NCBI GenBank assembly: GCA_021613535.1
Contig: CP075493.1
Span: 13,268,001-13,332,000 of the forward strand
Direction of reading: 5' to 3'
Source: Adineta vaga
Lineage: Eukaryota; Animalia; Rotifera
DNA: 64,000 bases
In this document: in pieces, positions 38,914-53,400 of the stretch
Layout: each line of letters starts with the position of its first letter
Numbering within the stretch: the stretch's first letter is position 1
Program-made: the position numbers and the translations under genes
The notes under the pieces: generated by a model
The model's input: only the letters and a program-made list of their open reading frames with translations
What the model was told of the DNA's origin: nothing
Databases searched by the model: none

Positions 38914-39553
38914 TTATTTATTTCGACAAAGTGTTGTTCCATCACCAAGACGTAAGAAACTAATATCAATACATTGATCATCTAGTACAAAATAATTAAT
39001 TTGTCGAATAGCAACTGTACTTTCACTTGTATCTGATTCAACACCAGGTCCAACTTTTAATGTAATTTTCTTGTCTACACCTGTTTTTTTCCATAAATCT
39101 TGTAGAATATATTCATCACTTATATCACATGCGATCAGTTGACCATCCGATGGAAGTGCTAATGCAATGGTTAATGCTGTATAACCAGTAAATGTTCCAA
39201 CTTCGACTACAAAAGAAGAAAACAAAGATTCGATTTTTAATTATTGAATAAAAGTCGAAAGAAACTTACTGCAACGTTTAAATCCCATTAATTGAATGAT
39301 AACTTGAAAGAATTGTGCTTCATCAAGAGATCCAAGCATTCGTGATAAGTAACCTAGATGAAAACAAGACGTATGTTGAATAAATTTCTACGATTGTCAA
39401 GAAAAAAATTCTTTTATCTGACAAAGATTTCGTATATTCAATGATTTCTTTTTGTTCAGGTGTTAAACGAAGAGAATGATCCATAACATAACGATCAATT
39501 GGGTCTGAAGACTCTTGTGATTTGTTTCCGGATGTATTGTTGTGTTCAGGCAT
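38914..39553 (-). pseudogene. Class I SAM O-methyltransferase (CCoAOMT/COMTD1-like), internally deleted
   Basis: VEVGTFTGYTAL..ALPSDGQLIACD..GDGTTLC. The DADK/DN core between GVES and DTSE is missing, and the first donor appears to be AT instead of GT. Confidence 0.75.
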
Positions 39554-39752
39554 GGCTTGACGATAAATATTGCTATTTGAATGAAGTAACAGCGCGCTTT
39601 ATATAGGCAGTTACAAGTGACCTATGACTCACACTTTTTCAAAGGAAAAGAAATTGTGTTTCACGATTCAAAATTTTAATACTGATTATTATATAAATAA
39701 TAAGGAAAGAAGAAATCAACAAAAGATCAGTATCATATCTTTAATAAGTATA

Positions 39753-40934
39753 CTATGGCCATGAATGCATTCTAATTCCAAGTTCTCGAATCTTTCGAAA
39801 TAGTGTATACGAATCTTTTAAACTTCCTCCAGGACGTTGCCAATAAGGTATCATTTCATTAACTGTAATATGATGTTCAAAACAAAGTTCATCAACTAAT
39901 GAATGTATCTTTGAATCATTTAATAACTGATTGATTAAGGCATTCTCGAGAATTGGTGTATCAATATCTAATTTAACGATTACATGATCCTGTGGTTGAG
40001 CAATAGTTTCCAGCATTGTCCATGGATTGAATTTACCATCTGATGCAACACCAACATTAATAAGAGTATAAATAGGGAAGACATCATCAGGTAATTGGTT
40101 CCATGCGTTTTTTGGATCTAATGAAGAATATTCGAAAGCAATAATACGATCGAATTTGACATTGAAACGCTTGTAATATGCATACAACCATAAACTAGAA
40201 GCAGCAGTCATATCACCTCCCCATGCACCAAAATAAGAACTACCTAAATCGAATAAAATAACCTTTGGATGCTCAATATCTGTTGTACGTAGATAAATCC
40301 AAGGAAATGCATTACTATTTTTATTATTCTGACTATTTGGAAAGTTTTTAAATTGATTAGACGATGAATCTATGAAAGATGGCGCTGCAATTGATAGTAG
40401 AATGAATCGTTTTGATTGCACAACAGCTCCTTCATACATGGCATTTGGAATTGACGAGGAATTAATACGAGAACAAATACTAAATGGATCACGTAATAAT
40501 CCAATCAAAGGCTCAATCAAATATGAAGCATCTACACTTTTTAACGATATATTTGGATGAGGACTTTGACATTCTTCACGATAAAACATACGAGAAAAGA
40601 GATTGTCAGATGTTTGCAATTCACTATTCGTTTTATTTCTTCCAAAACGTTGTAATTCGATCATTCGCTGCATCATTTGAATCGTTTTGTTTAAATTTTC
40701 ATTGTTAGATAATCTTTCACAAACATTATTTTGATATTCGTTAATATTTTTGTACCACATCTCTTCCCATTGGCTAGGTGTGTAATTTAGAAAATATCGT
40801 CGACAATTCATCGTTGAATTTACCAGTACGCATTGTGACACTACTGGATTGAGAAATTTGTTGTGTAAAATAAAATATAATATACCAATGAATAAAATGA
40901 TCGACAAAACTGCATTTCGATTGAATTTTCCCAT
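39753..40934 (-). CDS. Type II membrane FkbM-like SAM methyltransferase
   Basis: 393-aa intronless ORF. Signal anchor, LFDLGS, IIAFE, VIVKLDID, VDELCFEHH, RELGIRMHSWP. Confidence 0.7.
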   Translation of the reverse strand: MGKFNRNAVLSIILFIGILYFILHNKFLNPVVSQCVLVNSTMNCRRYFLNYTPSQWEEMWYKNINEYQNNVCERLSNNENLNKTIQMMQRMIELQRFGRNKTNSELQTSDNLFSRMFYREECQSPHPNISLKSVDASYLIEPLIGLLRDPFSICSRINSSSIPNAMYEGAVVQSKRFILLSIAAPSFIDSSSNQFKNFPNSQNNKNSNAFPWIYLRTTDIEHPKVILFDLGSSYFGAWGGDMTAASSLWLYAYYKRFNVKFDRIIAFEYSSLDPKNAWNQLPDDVFPIYTLINVGVASDGKFNPWTMLETIAQPQDHVIVKLDIDTPILENALINQLLNDSKIHSLVDELCFEHHITVNEMIPYWQRPGGSLKDSYTLFRKIRELGIRMHSWP

Positions 40935-42789
40935 ATACTATAAGTGTGATATCTGATTAACAGAAAACGACTATTGAAGGAATTGACTAAGTCTATAATC
41001 TACAACGAAACATTATTTGTATTATGCATCGTGTGTACATGTAAGGATTTATTTTATCAAGTTTATTTTGTATAAATATAAATACTATTGAAATATATAC
41101 GACCAGTATTAATAAAATACAACCAAGTGCATTTTGTTGAAGGAATAAAAAAAACTACATGGAAAGAAAAAAACTCCTTCCACTCATTCTCAAGAACGAA
41201 AAGGTATATGATCGATATTGAGTATAGTTCTATTTGTAATATTCTTTTCAAAAGCAGCTAACGACTGTTTAATCTCAAATAGAAATATGTGCAGTCTTTC
41301 GTTTTGATTTACGAAGATATCGATATTTATACCTACTTGTATCAGACGACAAATAAGATGTTCATAAAAAAAGCATCTTATTAATCGAGAAAGATTTGCT
41401 TTCTACTCTGTAATTTTTCTCGGAGATAGAAGAAACTGTAAAAAGGAAACTAACAATTTTCTTTTCTCTTCTTTTTTCTTCCTGTTCTGTTGTCTGTTTT
41501 AGATTTACTTCTTCATTTTTATTTCGTTCTAACAAGCATGATTTATTTAAGAACGCTCGACAAACATTCATCGCAACAGATCAAAACACGGCAGAAAACA
41601 GTAAAAGAAAAAATTTCTAGAAAAAACAAACATGTTTAATACTTATAATTTACAACCATAGACTAATGTCTCAATTGAGATAGTTATTTACTTGATTTTT
41701 CTATCAATTCTATTTAAATTATACACGAAGATAGGGAAGTATTCTATTTTTATTCATAGTGACAAAGAAGATGAATATACTAATTAGAATTATTTTGAAG
41801 TTATATTTACATTGAAACGTATATTCTTAAGAGTTATTAACGACATGATGTTGTGACCTTTCAGTTGTTATTCGGTGGATAAAAAAAACTTCATCTTTCT
41901 TTTTTTTTCTATGCCATTTTATTGATTTAATGTCATGTTTATTTATCGGGGTATGTTGAATCTCCCGTTTTATTCACACACAAGAAAATAAGTTTTTTTT
42001 ATATGATTTCTCCGGATATGCAGAAAAAATTGTTTTTAATGAAATAATTTTTGATCGCAAATATTATTTACATCGGCAACGTTAACATATGTATATTGAC
42101 ATATAATCACTCGTTCGAATGATTAATTTCGAATCGATTTTATTGGATTTTAATGCATAGTGGAGATATTGTGTAATTAAATCAACGATGGCTACAGTTT
42201 TTACAGCCATTGCAGTATATCACATTTAATGGATTAGATCTAAAAGTATAATAAATAGTTACTTACTTAATATACTCACGTCTTGATTTAGAAAGTGTTC
42301 TTCTAAATAGTTTTACTATAGAGTCCTTCTAATCATATGACAATATTAGCATTGGCATCAGTACGATATTCGGTGAATTATTTCAATATGCAAATATTGG
42401 TCTACTACTAGATCCTCTTGAAGCATGACCATCTTGAGGGTGTGCGTGAAAACGATAAAAAAGATACACTAACCCTCATCCTTTCAAACAGAATTCATCG
42501 ACTTGTCCTCTTTTTTTGCCGATTATTGTTTGCAATGATTCCATTGATGCAAGTGATAATGATGATATGACAATCAATCTTATACATTCGTAACATCTCA
42601 ATCGATTTGAGATACACATACAATCTATTTCAGATAAATGTTTGTTTAATTTTCGTTTTACCTATTTATTAAAAATATAAGATGTCCTAAAAATGAAACA
42701 ATGTAAACTTCTGATGTAGTATTTATATCTCATTCAATTGATTCTTTTCAGGATTTGAAATCTTTGAAGTTTTTTCATTTGGATGTTTA

Positions 42790-43240
42790 CTCAGGTACTA
42801 TTTCTGCAAACAAGGAATCGGCAATAGTATGAGATCACTGAAAATCATACATCCTCCAAAGATACAATAGGGCCAAAGAAAAGGACGAGCAAAATGTGAA
42901 AATATATCTCGCATTGCGCCTAAAAGCAAACATAATCGTTTAAAAAAGATTTGTAAGTATGAATATAATTCTTACCAACGAATGGTTCCTATTGCAATAC
43001 CATTAAAAAGACATAAAAGACCAAGAGCATCAGATTTTTTCTCATCTCCAACAATATCAATAGAAAGAACATATGATAAATTTACATAGCCACCTGAGAA
43101 GAGACCAAAAACCGTCGCATAAGCAATATGTTGAATGATCGAAGAACACATAAATTCATATTGAAAAATTTCTATCAATTACAAAGCATTTCTCCTTCAC
43201 CAATGCATAAGAAATTTACGATTGTACATTTTGAAATCGA
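42790..43240 (-). pseudogene. MFS monocarboxylate-transporter (SLC16-like) C-terminal remnant
   Basis: YATVFGLFSGGYV..DIVG..SDALG..GAMRD..; only the last TMs remain. Confidence 0.65.
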
Positions 43241-44290
43241 AGAGTCAGCACCAATATATATATATATATACATTGAGAAGACAGGATATTTAAAAAACTA
43301 TGCTTAGATATTGTAAAAAATGCAAGAACATCGTTTAGATTCTGCCGAGTATTCTAATATCTAAGAAAATAGTTTTTAGTCGATTCTTTTTCATGTTGTT
43401 CTTTGTATCTGCTTTTTTTTACAATAAAATATATTTCAATTCGCTGCCAGCTTGCGTATTTGCAAGTTTATATAATTATAATATCGTTCTAATTTATTCG
43501 TTTCTGTGTCACAACTTGTAATCAATGTTTTGTTTAATAGATACTTCGTCGTTTGTTCAAGCATATGCTCTCAAACACGTGGTAACTCAAACTGCAAGGG
43601 TGTGGGTTGAATATTTCGATGATTTACCTTCGAAAGACTCTGTTTTGTATTCAAATCATTAAAGTATAGAATAATGTATTATTAGTTTATGCTCTATGCA
43701 ATCGAACGAAATACTTTTCGTTTACAAGAAGAATCACGTTTATATACCTTGTTTCATAATAATTGAATGTGAAGTTAACCGATGTTTTCTTTTCATATGT
43801 AATAAATTGAGATGTTCACCATCATCTTTCAATGATAAACCCAACGTGTTATCTGAGATATAATATTTATTTTTTTTATATGCAAAACAAAAATTTATGA
43901 CTTTTAACTGAACAGAACACTTCCAGACGTTATCACGACTTGATAATGTGCAAATACTTTTATAGTATTCAATAGAAAAACTATACTAATATTGAAGTAT
44001 AAAACTAACTTGGTCTTCAAATATTGTATTCGTGAATATTTGATTTTCATTTCAATAAGTCATGTGAATTTATTCATGTTGATATGTTGTTTGGATTTTA
44101 CACACGTTCGAACGTCATACACAACTTGTATGATGTTATTTCTACGTTTTTTGTTGAAGAAAATAATAATATGTCAGAATGTTGTTTGATTGTTAAATAT
44201 CAGGTATGTATGCTAATAATTAAAAAAAAGGAGTGATATAAGTATTGAATTCTCCATATACTTCATATTGAATAAGAAATGTTATTTAGT

Positions 44291-47153
44291 ATGTCGATCA
44301 GCAAGAATTGCCATGTTATTATCATTCTTTTTGTGGTTTTAATAGAGAGAATATCAAGTAATTCAGTTTTTCTTATTTCGTATCCACCATTCAGATATAT
44401 CTATAACAAGAGGAGACTAGACAATCAAAAAAAACAATGAGAAAGATCTGATCTAAACTTGCGCTAATCAAATAATTGTATTTTTTTTTACATATCTTGT
44501 TAAAGTTTCTTCTTTTCATCATAGGTTATGCTGTCAATCAACCAAAATTCTGTCCGACAGTAAAATGGCATTCGAATGCATCCACTTTTGCTAATGCAAC
44601 ATTGATTGGAGTTCGACCTTCAGTTGTATTCATTGACACTAACAATACAGTTTATGTTTCAGCTAGAAATACAAGTCAACTTCTAGTATGGCATGATGAT
44701 GTTACTACTAATCCTATAAAAATTAAGTTTGCTGTTTCTAAAAATCCACAATCCATATTTGTTTCTAGCATTCGTGATATTTATATCGCTACATTAGACA
44801 ATCGAATTGAGAAATACACATCAACCACGGGTAGCTTTGTTAGTGTAATGAATGTTGATTCACAATGTTTTGGTCTCTCTATCAATATCAATAATACTAT
44901 ATATTGTTCAATGATTTATAAGCATCAAGTTATGAAAGGATCATTGGATGATAATGAGACTAACATGGTAGTTGTAGCTGGTACAGGTGAACAAGGTGCT
45001 GGTTGTAATGAATTAGATACTCCGAATGGAATCTTTGTCGATACGAATTTTAATTTATATGTGGCAGATCGTTCCAATCATCGAATTCAACTGTTTCCGT
45101 TGGAACAATTAATTGGGAAAACAGTAGCAGGAGAAAGTTCACCAGATATTACAATTACACTACATTCTCCAGTTGCAGTTGTGTTAGATGCTGAGAAATA
45201 TCTCTTTGTTGTGGATACTCAGTATAATCGTATAATTGGATCAGGACCAAATGGTTTTCGATGTTTAGTCGGATGTGAAGGAAGAGGCATGTTATCCAAT
45301 CAATTATCATCTCCAAGCGCTTTTAGTTTTGATAGCTATGGAAACATGCTTGTTTGCGATACAGAAAATGATCGAATTCAAAAATTTGATCGAGAGCAAG
45401 ATTCTTGTAGTAAGTGTGAAGTAGTTTAATAACATAGACAACTTGGATAATCCTTGCTTCTCATTTCATTTAGGAAATACTCCATCAATCATTCAGGCGA
45501 TTTATTTATCGATATTCACAACAAATCATACAGTATTCTCTCGAGTTAAATCTAATGATTCGAACTATTATTATGAAGCTATTCAGATAAAAGTGAATGC
45601 GAATGACTTTTATGTTGTTGATTGCAACGGTAGTATTGATACATATGGTCATCTTTATAAAAACTATTTTGATCCTCTCAATTCAACTAACAACTTAATC
45701 GCTTGGGGTGGTAAATGTTGTAATAGAGATCAGTTCAAGTTTACACTTCAACTTCTCGCTAACACTACATATATATTGATTGTCACAACGTATAGGCCAA
45801 ATGTAACAGGATCATTCTCGATTATTGTATCTGGTCTAGAAAATGTTACTCTTAAACGTATTGGTAAGTAGCTATATATATATATATATATATAGAAATA
45901 ACGAATAGATCCGATTTACACTTTGGAAATCGAGACAATATCCAGTTTCATTTAAATCCCTTAAGAGATACATGTAGCTATATGAGCAGCATTGTAGATG
46001 ATATTTTATTACTGCACTATAGTTTGTTTTTTACATAAGAAATCTTAAATGTTCTACGATCTATTTAGTCCAAAATCCTATTGAACATAACATCAATGAT
46101 CCATGTTATATGCGTGCTAAAAGTATTGATTTAACTCTCGACAATATTTTACGTCATAAAATTAAGCCAAATAAAACAATCAATGATCAAACTTTATTCA
46201 TCAAAATCAGTGCTGTTGTAATAATGCTTATGTTTTTTGTGGGTCTAATCAACAGTATTTGTTATCTCATAACTTTTAAAAATGAAAGTGTACGGAAAGT
46301 TGGAGGTGGTCTGTATCTATTTGCATCATCAGGCGTTTCACTTATGACCATTTCAATGTTAACAATCAAGTTTTGGTTTGTTGTTCTCACACAAATGAAC
46401 ATATCTACTCATCGGTCTATTCTGAAAGGAGGCTGTAAGTCACTTGAGTATCTTCTTAAAATTTTCTTTTACTGGAATTCTTGGCTGTATGCATGTGTGG
46501 CCATCGAACGTGCATTATACGTTTATAAAAACACAAGTTTTGATAGAAAGAAAAGCAGACATCTTGCCCGCTGGGTAATATTTATCTTACCATTTGTCAT
46601 CGCAACGACGATAATTCATGAGCCTATATGTCGTCAGATCATGGATCATAATACAAACGAGGAAAAGTTTATAAGAAAAACGTTAGGTGATACACGCGAT
46701 GCAAACGTCTATGGCACAGATCAACATACTTGGTGTGCACTTGATTATTCTCGTTCCGCTCAAGATTATAATACAGCCATTCTATTTATTCACCTTCTTA
46801 GTCCATGCATTGCAAATATCTGCTCTGCTTTATACGTCATCTTTGGAACTGCTTATTATCGAGCAGTAGCCCATGATAGGCAAGCTTATAAACAACATAT
46901 TCGTAGACAATGGGATAAACTTAAAGAAATTGTCATCGGTCCTATAATAATAATTCTTTTATCAATACCACATTTGATCATCTCTGCGTTATCTGGATGT
47001 GTAAATGTGTCTCGTCATCCATGGTTTTTTCTATTTGCTTATTTTATTTCATTTGCGCCATCGGTTCTTCTTTCCGTTATATTTATCATTCCTTCGAATT
47101 TGTATCGAAAAACATTTAAAGACGCCTTCATTCAAATTTGTTGGAAAAACTGA
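44291..47153 (+). CDS. Signal peptide - NHL beta-propeller - beta-sandwich - rhodopsin-class 7TM receptor
   Basis: Exons 44291-44357, 44525-45409, 45474-45863 and 46069-47153 join in frame through phase-1 GT-AG introns. NHL repeats (LYVADRSNHRIQ); TM3 VAIER. Confidence 0.8.
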
Positions 47154-47840
47154 TCATAGACATATTCATCAATATAAAGACTATCTCTTGATTTATTAAA
47201 CTTATTAAAAAAATGCTTCTATAACATTTGCAGAACATTATTACTGAGGATATTTTTTCATCGTGTAAGAAGGAAAGTAAACTATACTTCGTTGATATTC
47301 ACAACTATTATTATGTGATAAACTAGAATGATAATGGAAAGTACATTATATCCCAGATTGATGTGTTCAAGTTCTTCCATATCAATGCTGCTCTTTGATT
47401 GCCATTATTTTCGCTAGAGTTCTCGATAAGATAAGGTATTCTCTCTCCGACGAAATAAAAGAATACTATACAATTGATCTTCCCGAGGGTGTGGGTTTGC
47501 AAAGGTAAAAATGTCAATATAAGCATTGAAGTCTTTTTGATTCATTATTTACACGAATCCACTCGACTTCCAAGTTAGTTGGATTTAGTTTCTTTCATAA
47601 TTTATTTTTCGACTATGTGATGTGATTTTTAACAAGTTCTGGAATACGTTCGAAATGTGACGTAATGATATCGCGCAGCAAACGAGAAAAAAACAGAAAA
47701 AAGAGATGGATGAAGGAAAGAAAAAAACCGACAATATTGAATTATTTGAGTGTCGTATAGATGTAATATAAAAGTAGAAACAAGACGGGCACATCCACAT
47801 TATATTAATATCTATAAACATTTATAAAACACGTTCAACA

Positions 47841-49125
47841 TTGCTCGACAATTTTCCAGTTGAAATCTTCTTACAAATTTCTTCTTTTCTGACATTGAAA
47901 CAGCTTCTTACATCCTTTTCGGGTCTCAATTCTAACATCAATGCATTTATTCGATATGATGATATCGACGCTATCAACATTTTACAACTATTTCCTACTG
48001 CATTTGGTCGTCTGAAAATTACGAATGCTGAACTAGTTGACTTAAAACAGTTAACCAATTTGCGTAATATACTTATAGTAGAATACGGTACTCAGACACA
48101 GCTCAACAGCATTCGTCCGGAATATTTGCCTATGCTTGAAAGTCTTCATATTAAAGGTAATAAATCAAAATAAAAAGACAGTAACGTCAATCTTATCTAA
48201 TATGTAGGACTCCATACGAATTTACGTGGGCAGGAAGTAACAATATGTACTTTATTTGAAATCATTTTATCTAATGGCTTTTCACGACTTCGAATATGTA
48301 TAGCATTAGATATTGGAACTCTACCATATATAATGACGCATGCACAGGAACACCAACTCTCCTCATTCTTAATCTGAAAATGGTGACAAACGAGGATGAG
48401 AAAAAACTTCGATCGAAATTTTCATATGTAAATCAAATCACAAATTACGAACATTCATTATTGGATTCAGGTATAAGTTATCTAATTTTTTACAACTTTA
48501 AAGTCATCGTGATCACGACAATGAAAAATATTGAATGTTGTTTCATTGATTTTCTTGTAGGTTCTCCGCTCAGTCACAAGAGATGCCTGCGTATTGAAAT
48601 TCAAAACCTTCAATCATTCGAATTAGAAAACAAATTCATACTTGATGTTTCTCCTTCAACGCTCTTCAGCGATGGTTATAATCTACCACCTCGTTTTAAT
48701 AATTCAAAAATTACTCGACGACGTTCTCAACCAGGCGTCACAATCATCTTAGATCGAATTTTGCCGCAAATTGATCCATACTGTCATGCATCATTCTTGA
48801 TTGAAATTGCACTACCACAAGAATATCCATTCAAGGTTCCCGAAATAACATGTTTGGATCGTCTCTATCATTCACAAGTTAAAACTTCGGGTAAATTATG
48901 CGCCTGTGAAAACGGTTTTCGCTATACCAAGAGGGGAGATTTCAATCCAACTACAAAGCTAACGTAAGTAGTATCATAACGACTATTATTGAAATAATTG
49001 ACAGCCCTTGCACAGATGAGACATCTCACAATCCAGAATGTTTTGTAAAGTATCGTAATGACTATTCATCATTTTACAAGAAGGCTTTAGAATACACACT
49101 TACATATGGACGCCCACGTTACTAA
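47841..49125 (+). pseudogene. F-box-like + ubiquitin-conjugating (E2/UBC) domain fusion, disrupted
   Basis: LDNFPVEIFLQI F-box; FLIEIALPQEYPFKVP..YHSQV..GKLC; C-terminal KALEYTLTYGRPRY. Start is TTG and there are frameshifts/stops. Confidence 0.65.
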
Positions 49126-49220
49126 TCCAGCTACGGACAACAATACTCGAACTTCAACTATAAGATTAAAATGAATCAATAGGTCATGTTTTATTTTTTT
49201 TCGTCTTAATAAAAACATTT

Positions 49221-51460
49221 TTATGAACATGTGTTTAAAAGAACAATAGCATCTCCGGTTTTGTTGTTAGCAGTAACCACATCTAATCGACCATCATTAT
49301 TAAAATCTCCAGCAACAGCACCATATGGATCGCTGTCAGAACCAAGTGAATATGTTTGTATTTTTTTAAAAGTACCATCACCTTTACCGAGAAATACACC
49401 CAAACGATCTGGGCCATAAAGAGGAACATAGATATCTAAAATCTTATCATTATTAAGATCAGCAGCTTGAATATCAAATGGAAAGGTATTATTGCCCGTA
49501 GAATAAGTTTTATATGGATTGAATGTTCCATCACTCTTTCCAAAATAAAGACTTATGGTATGAAGTTGATCGTTATTTGTACCAAGATCTAATATACCAT
49601 CATAATTGAAATCGGCAACAGTTGCACCATATTGATGAGAAGGAGCTGGATACGTGACTTGTTCTAAAAAGTTTCCATTACCTTCACCAATGAAAACCGA
49701 AATAAAAGAATCATGAAAATGAGTAACAAAAAAATCAATCTTTCCATCTTTATTAAAATCACCAATTCTTGATGTAATCGGTCCAGAATTTTCACCAGTT
49801 GAATAGGTCTCATGATGATAAAAAGATCCATCACCTTTGCCAAGAAAAATTTGTACATTATCTCCAAATTGACATGTTACGATTACATCAAGATGATCAT
49901 CACGATTAACATCATAAAGAAGAATTCCAGCTGGTGTAGAATTTCTACCAGTTGAATATTCTTTCAAACTGCGAAAATTTCCATTACCATCTCCCAAGTA
50001 GACGCCGAATTTATCTCCACCAAAAAATGCCACAACAGCATCAATATTCTTATCTTTATTTAAATCACTAGTAGCCATTGCAATCGGATAATAATCAGGA
50101 TCAAAGAATAAAGAAATGGGTTCTTCGAATGTTCCATCACCTTTTCCTAGTAAAATATCCATTGTACTTCCGAGATAATGAAGAACGGCAATATCTTTAT
50201 TTTTATCATTATTGAAATTAGCAACATGAACAAATCGCACACCATCAGCAGAAGCATAAGAAACTGGTTTTCCAAATGTCAAACTGCACTTTGATGGGTC
50301 TAAATTGACAGTGAAAATTTATCATATCTCGTAAAATCTTGAAGATGATTATACATACTGGTAGAATATGAATGCTTAGATGGACGAGGTCTTCGCCACG
50401 TTTCTTCTCGATAATCATCTTCCTCGTCTGTCTCATCAGAAGTTTCTCTGTCGATATATGATCTGTGATGTTCAGGAATGTCGAATTCATAATCCATTTG
50501 AACTCCACCAACAAAAGAACCTGTCGATCGACTGATTCTTGGTATACCAGGACCGTACACTAAATAGATCAGAGAAGAATGAGAAAAAATAAACGAATGA
50601 AAATAATAACATACACGGAAGTGGTTGAAAATAAGGCATCATATTGATCGGGCCACTTAATGAAGCCCCACTACTTACCAAACTAGCATATCCAGATGCA
50701 ATAAGTTCTCCTACTGAATACATTTTACCATAGAAGCTGATTACTGGTGGAAGAATGTAGCCTGTATAAACACTTATTTATGAAGAAATATTGATGCAGA
50801 AATATCATTACTTACAGCCACCTGTTGGCGCAAATATAATTGTTTGTCGACTCAAACGATCGACGAAAATTGGAAGCCAAGGCGTAAAACTCATTAATGG
50901 TCCAGAGAAAGCTTAAAAGAAAAACAGAGACAAAGATGCATGAGAAAATTTTACAATATGTACGATATCCTTGACCAGGATATCGAGCTACAGGAAAACG
51001 AAATCGTTCATTTCGTTGCCGAGCACTATTTGAATTCGGTTTACGAATATAGATATTCATCTGACCAAGATTTCTAGTTGATTTGGCTCGATGCTAAATT
51101 CAGAAAGAATAAATATCCCATTTCATCAACAAACATAAAATACTCACTCTCATCGGAGAAAATCGCAGGCGAAGAAGCGAATTGCTCTCTCCATTCTCGA
51201 TATCTTCATTACTGAATTTTTCTAAAGAAGCATCATAAGAGAAACATTATTGCATCAAATATGATATACAGTTACAATTAAATATTTATGTTACCCTGAT
51301 TGTCATCACGGATAATATTCTTCGTATATGTTTTGTAGAGAGGAACGATCACAAAGATGATACCAGTAACAATAACAACTAACAACAGTAGAGTATAAAA
51401 TATTTTACGATGCGTCGGAAAAGAAGTCATTGAAGATTGTGATCTAAGAAATATTTTCAT
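49221..51460 (-). CDS. Membrane protein with C-terminal FG-GAP repeat propeller
   Basis: Last exon has ~7 DFNxDGxxD repeats; upstream exons carry hydrophobic segments. Confidence 0.7.
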
Positions 51461-52204
51461 ATTTTCTATGAGAAATAATAAAATAAAATGCTCACGATAA
51501 TTTCAATTGTTGTTTCTTCCGATGTTTATTCACGAGACTTTCATGTGGCTCATTATTGTGCGAGAAATCTTGAAATTCAATTTCATTTTCCATTGTCTGG
51601 CACTTCGACATGATTGTGAAGCTGAATATCGCAATGTATACTTTTCTCTATTTTACCAGTTATTATATAGTGTAAGGATAAAGAGAGAGAGAGAAAAAAG
51701 AATTTCTGTACTTTGTGATGGGAGATAAGCTATCATATGATGTTTTCACGTGCGAACAAAATGTATATTTTTCCCCATGCGCTTGTTGGTTATTTAAGAT
51801 GCATGATCATTAAATGCAAATGATATGCTTTGATGTTTGGTGACGTATACAATAGATAAGATATCAAATTTTCTGGTTAAATGACGAAAAGTTTAGTTAT
51901 TTTTCTTTTCATGATGAACATTTACATCCTTGGAAAAAAGTCTATGTATAAAAGAAAAACTTATAGACATAAAAATAAATAAATAACAAGTTGATAACAC
52001 ACAATATCAAATCATGATAGAAATCAGTCATTCAAGAAACTGATGTATGATCAACTTCCTAATTTTAAGAATATGAATAATTTGAAGATCACAAACGAAA
52101 TATCTTACGCTTTATTATCTTAACGGTTTTTCAGAAAATATTTTTAATTGCTTCCTTTTCTGTTATCAATATACATATTCATATAGTTACTACAAAGAAG
52201 ACAA

Positions 52205-53400
52205 ATGGCACAATTCCTCTTCCCAAAGTTATTATACACGAAAATCATTCATCATTCACTACTTCATCTAAACAAGTTTCATCAACGGGTACACTTGCAT
52301 TTCGTAATATAAAATATGTATTAGGTGATACACTCATTAATCATGATCAGAATATTTTTGTATTGTTTAGATCTAACTAGGTGTAGAAAATCTTCATTTA
52401 AACATATGACTGTTATCTATGGTACTCTTACTATAAGAGAAAATATTATGTTCGCTGCTAATACTCGTCATGGAACGAATGTTTCATTAGAAGAACGTAC
52501 ATATCGTGTCAGACAACTCATTGAACAACTTGGACTAACAAATCGTGCTGATACAAAAATAGGTATGGAATTTTCTGGATGAAACCACAACAGGTTTTTA
52601 TCACATTCAATGGAGATAAATGTATTTTGTATTTAGTTCTTATTTTATATTTGCTTAGGACTTGATGTATCAATAGCACGAAATGTTATGGAACTATTTC
52701 TTTTAGATATAATAGTATTCTCAATCCATCAACCGCGTTATTCAATCTTTTAACTATTCGATTGAGTAGTTTTAACATGTCAAAGAAAAGTGTTTGCGAT
52801 TATTCATTCCTCAACAAGGTTAAAAACGTGATCAACACGATAATCCAGATAATTATACTTTAAATATTCTTATTGAAGCAAATCAAAAGAATACCTTTCG
52901 ACATTGATGAAATAGTTGTGGCAATTTTTATTGATTAAGAATTAGTCTTGTCTTTTTCGACACGGATAGAACACTTGACCCTGGAGTACAAAATCGATTT
53001 GGAGTAATCTTCATGATTGTATCAAGTTAAATATTAGCAATAGTAACAACTATTGAACCATTATAGTAAAAAGCACGTGCTCTATTTATTCATGTAAATT
53101 ATTAGCGGATATTATCAAGTTCCAATATTTTTTTATAACCAAACTTATATATGATAGGCATCTATTACGAATTGTTTATTTTATTACTGGACTCGAGAGT
53201 AATACAAATCAATTTTTTATTCTTTTTCGCACGGTTCTCGTGTATAGTTTATTTGGATCAGCATCAATATGTTTCTTCTTTTCAGCACTACTCTAATTGT
53301 TGATTTAGCTAGTTTATATAGTTGCATTGCTTGGATAAAATGTTCGAGTGTCTTTCAAATCACATCAAATATGTTAATAATCCAAGATCGAAAATATTTT
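52205..53400 (+). pseudogene. ABCG (White/BCRP-like) transporter remnant
   Basis: GTLTIRENIMFAA, LGLTNRADTKIG, GLD, SIHQPRYSIF, GVQNRFG fragments with many stops. Confidence 0.75.
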
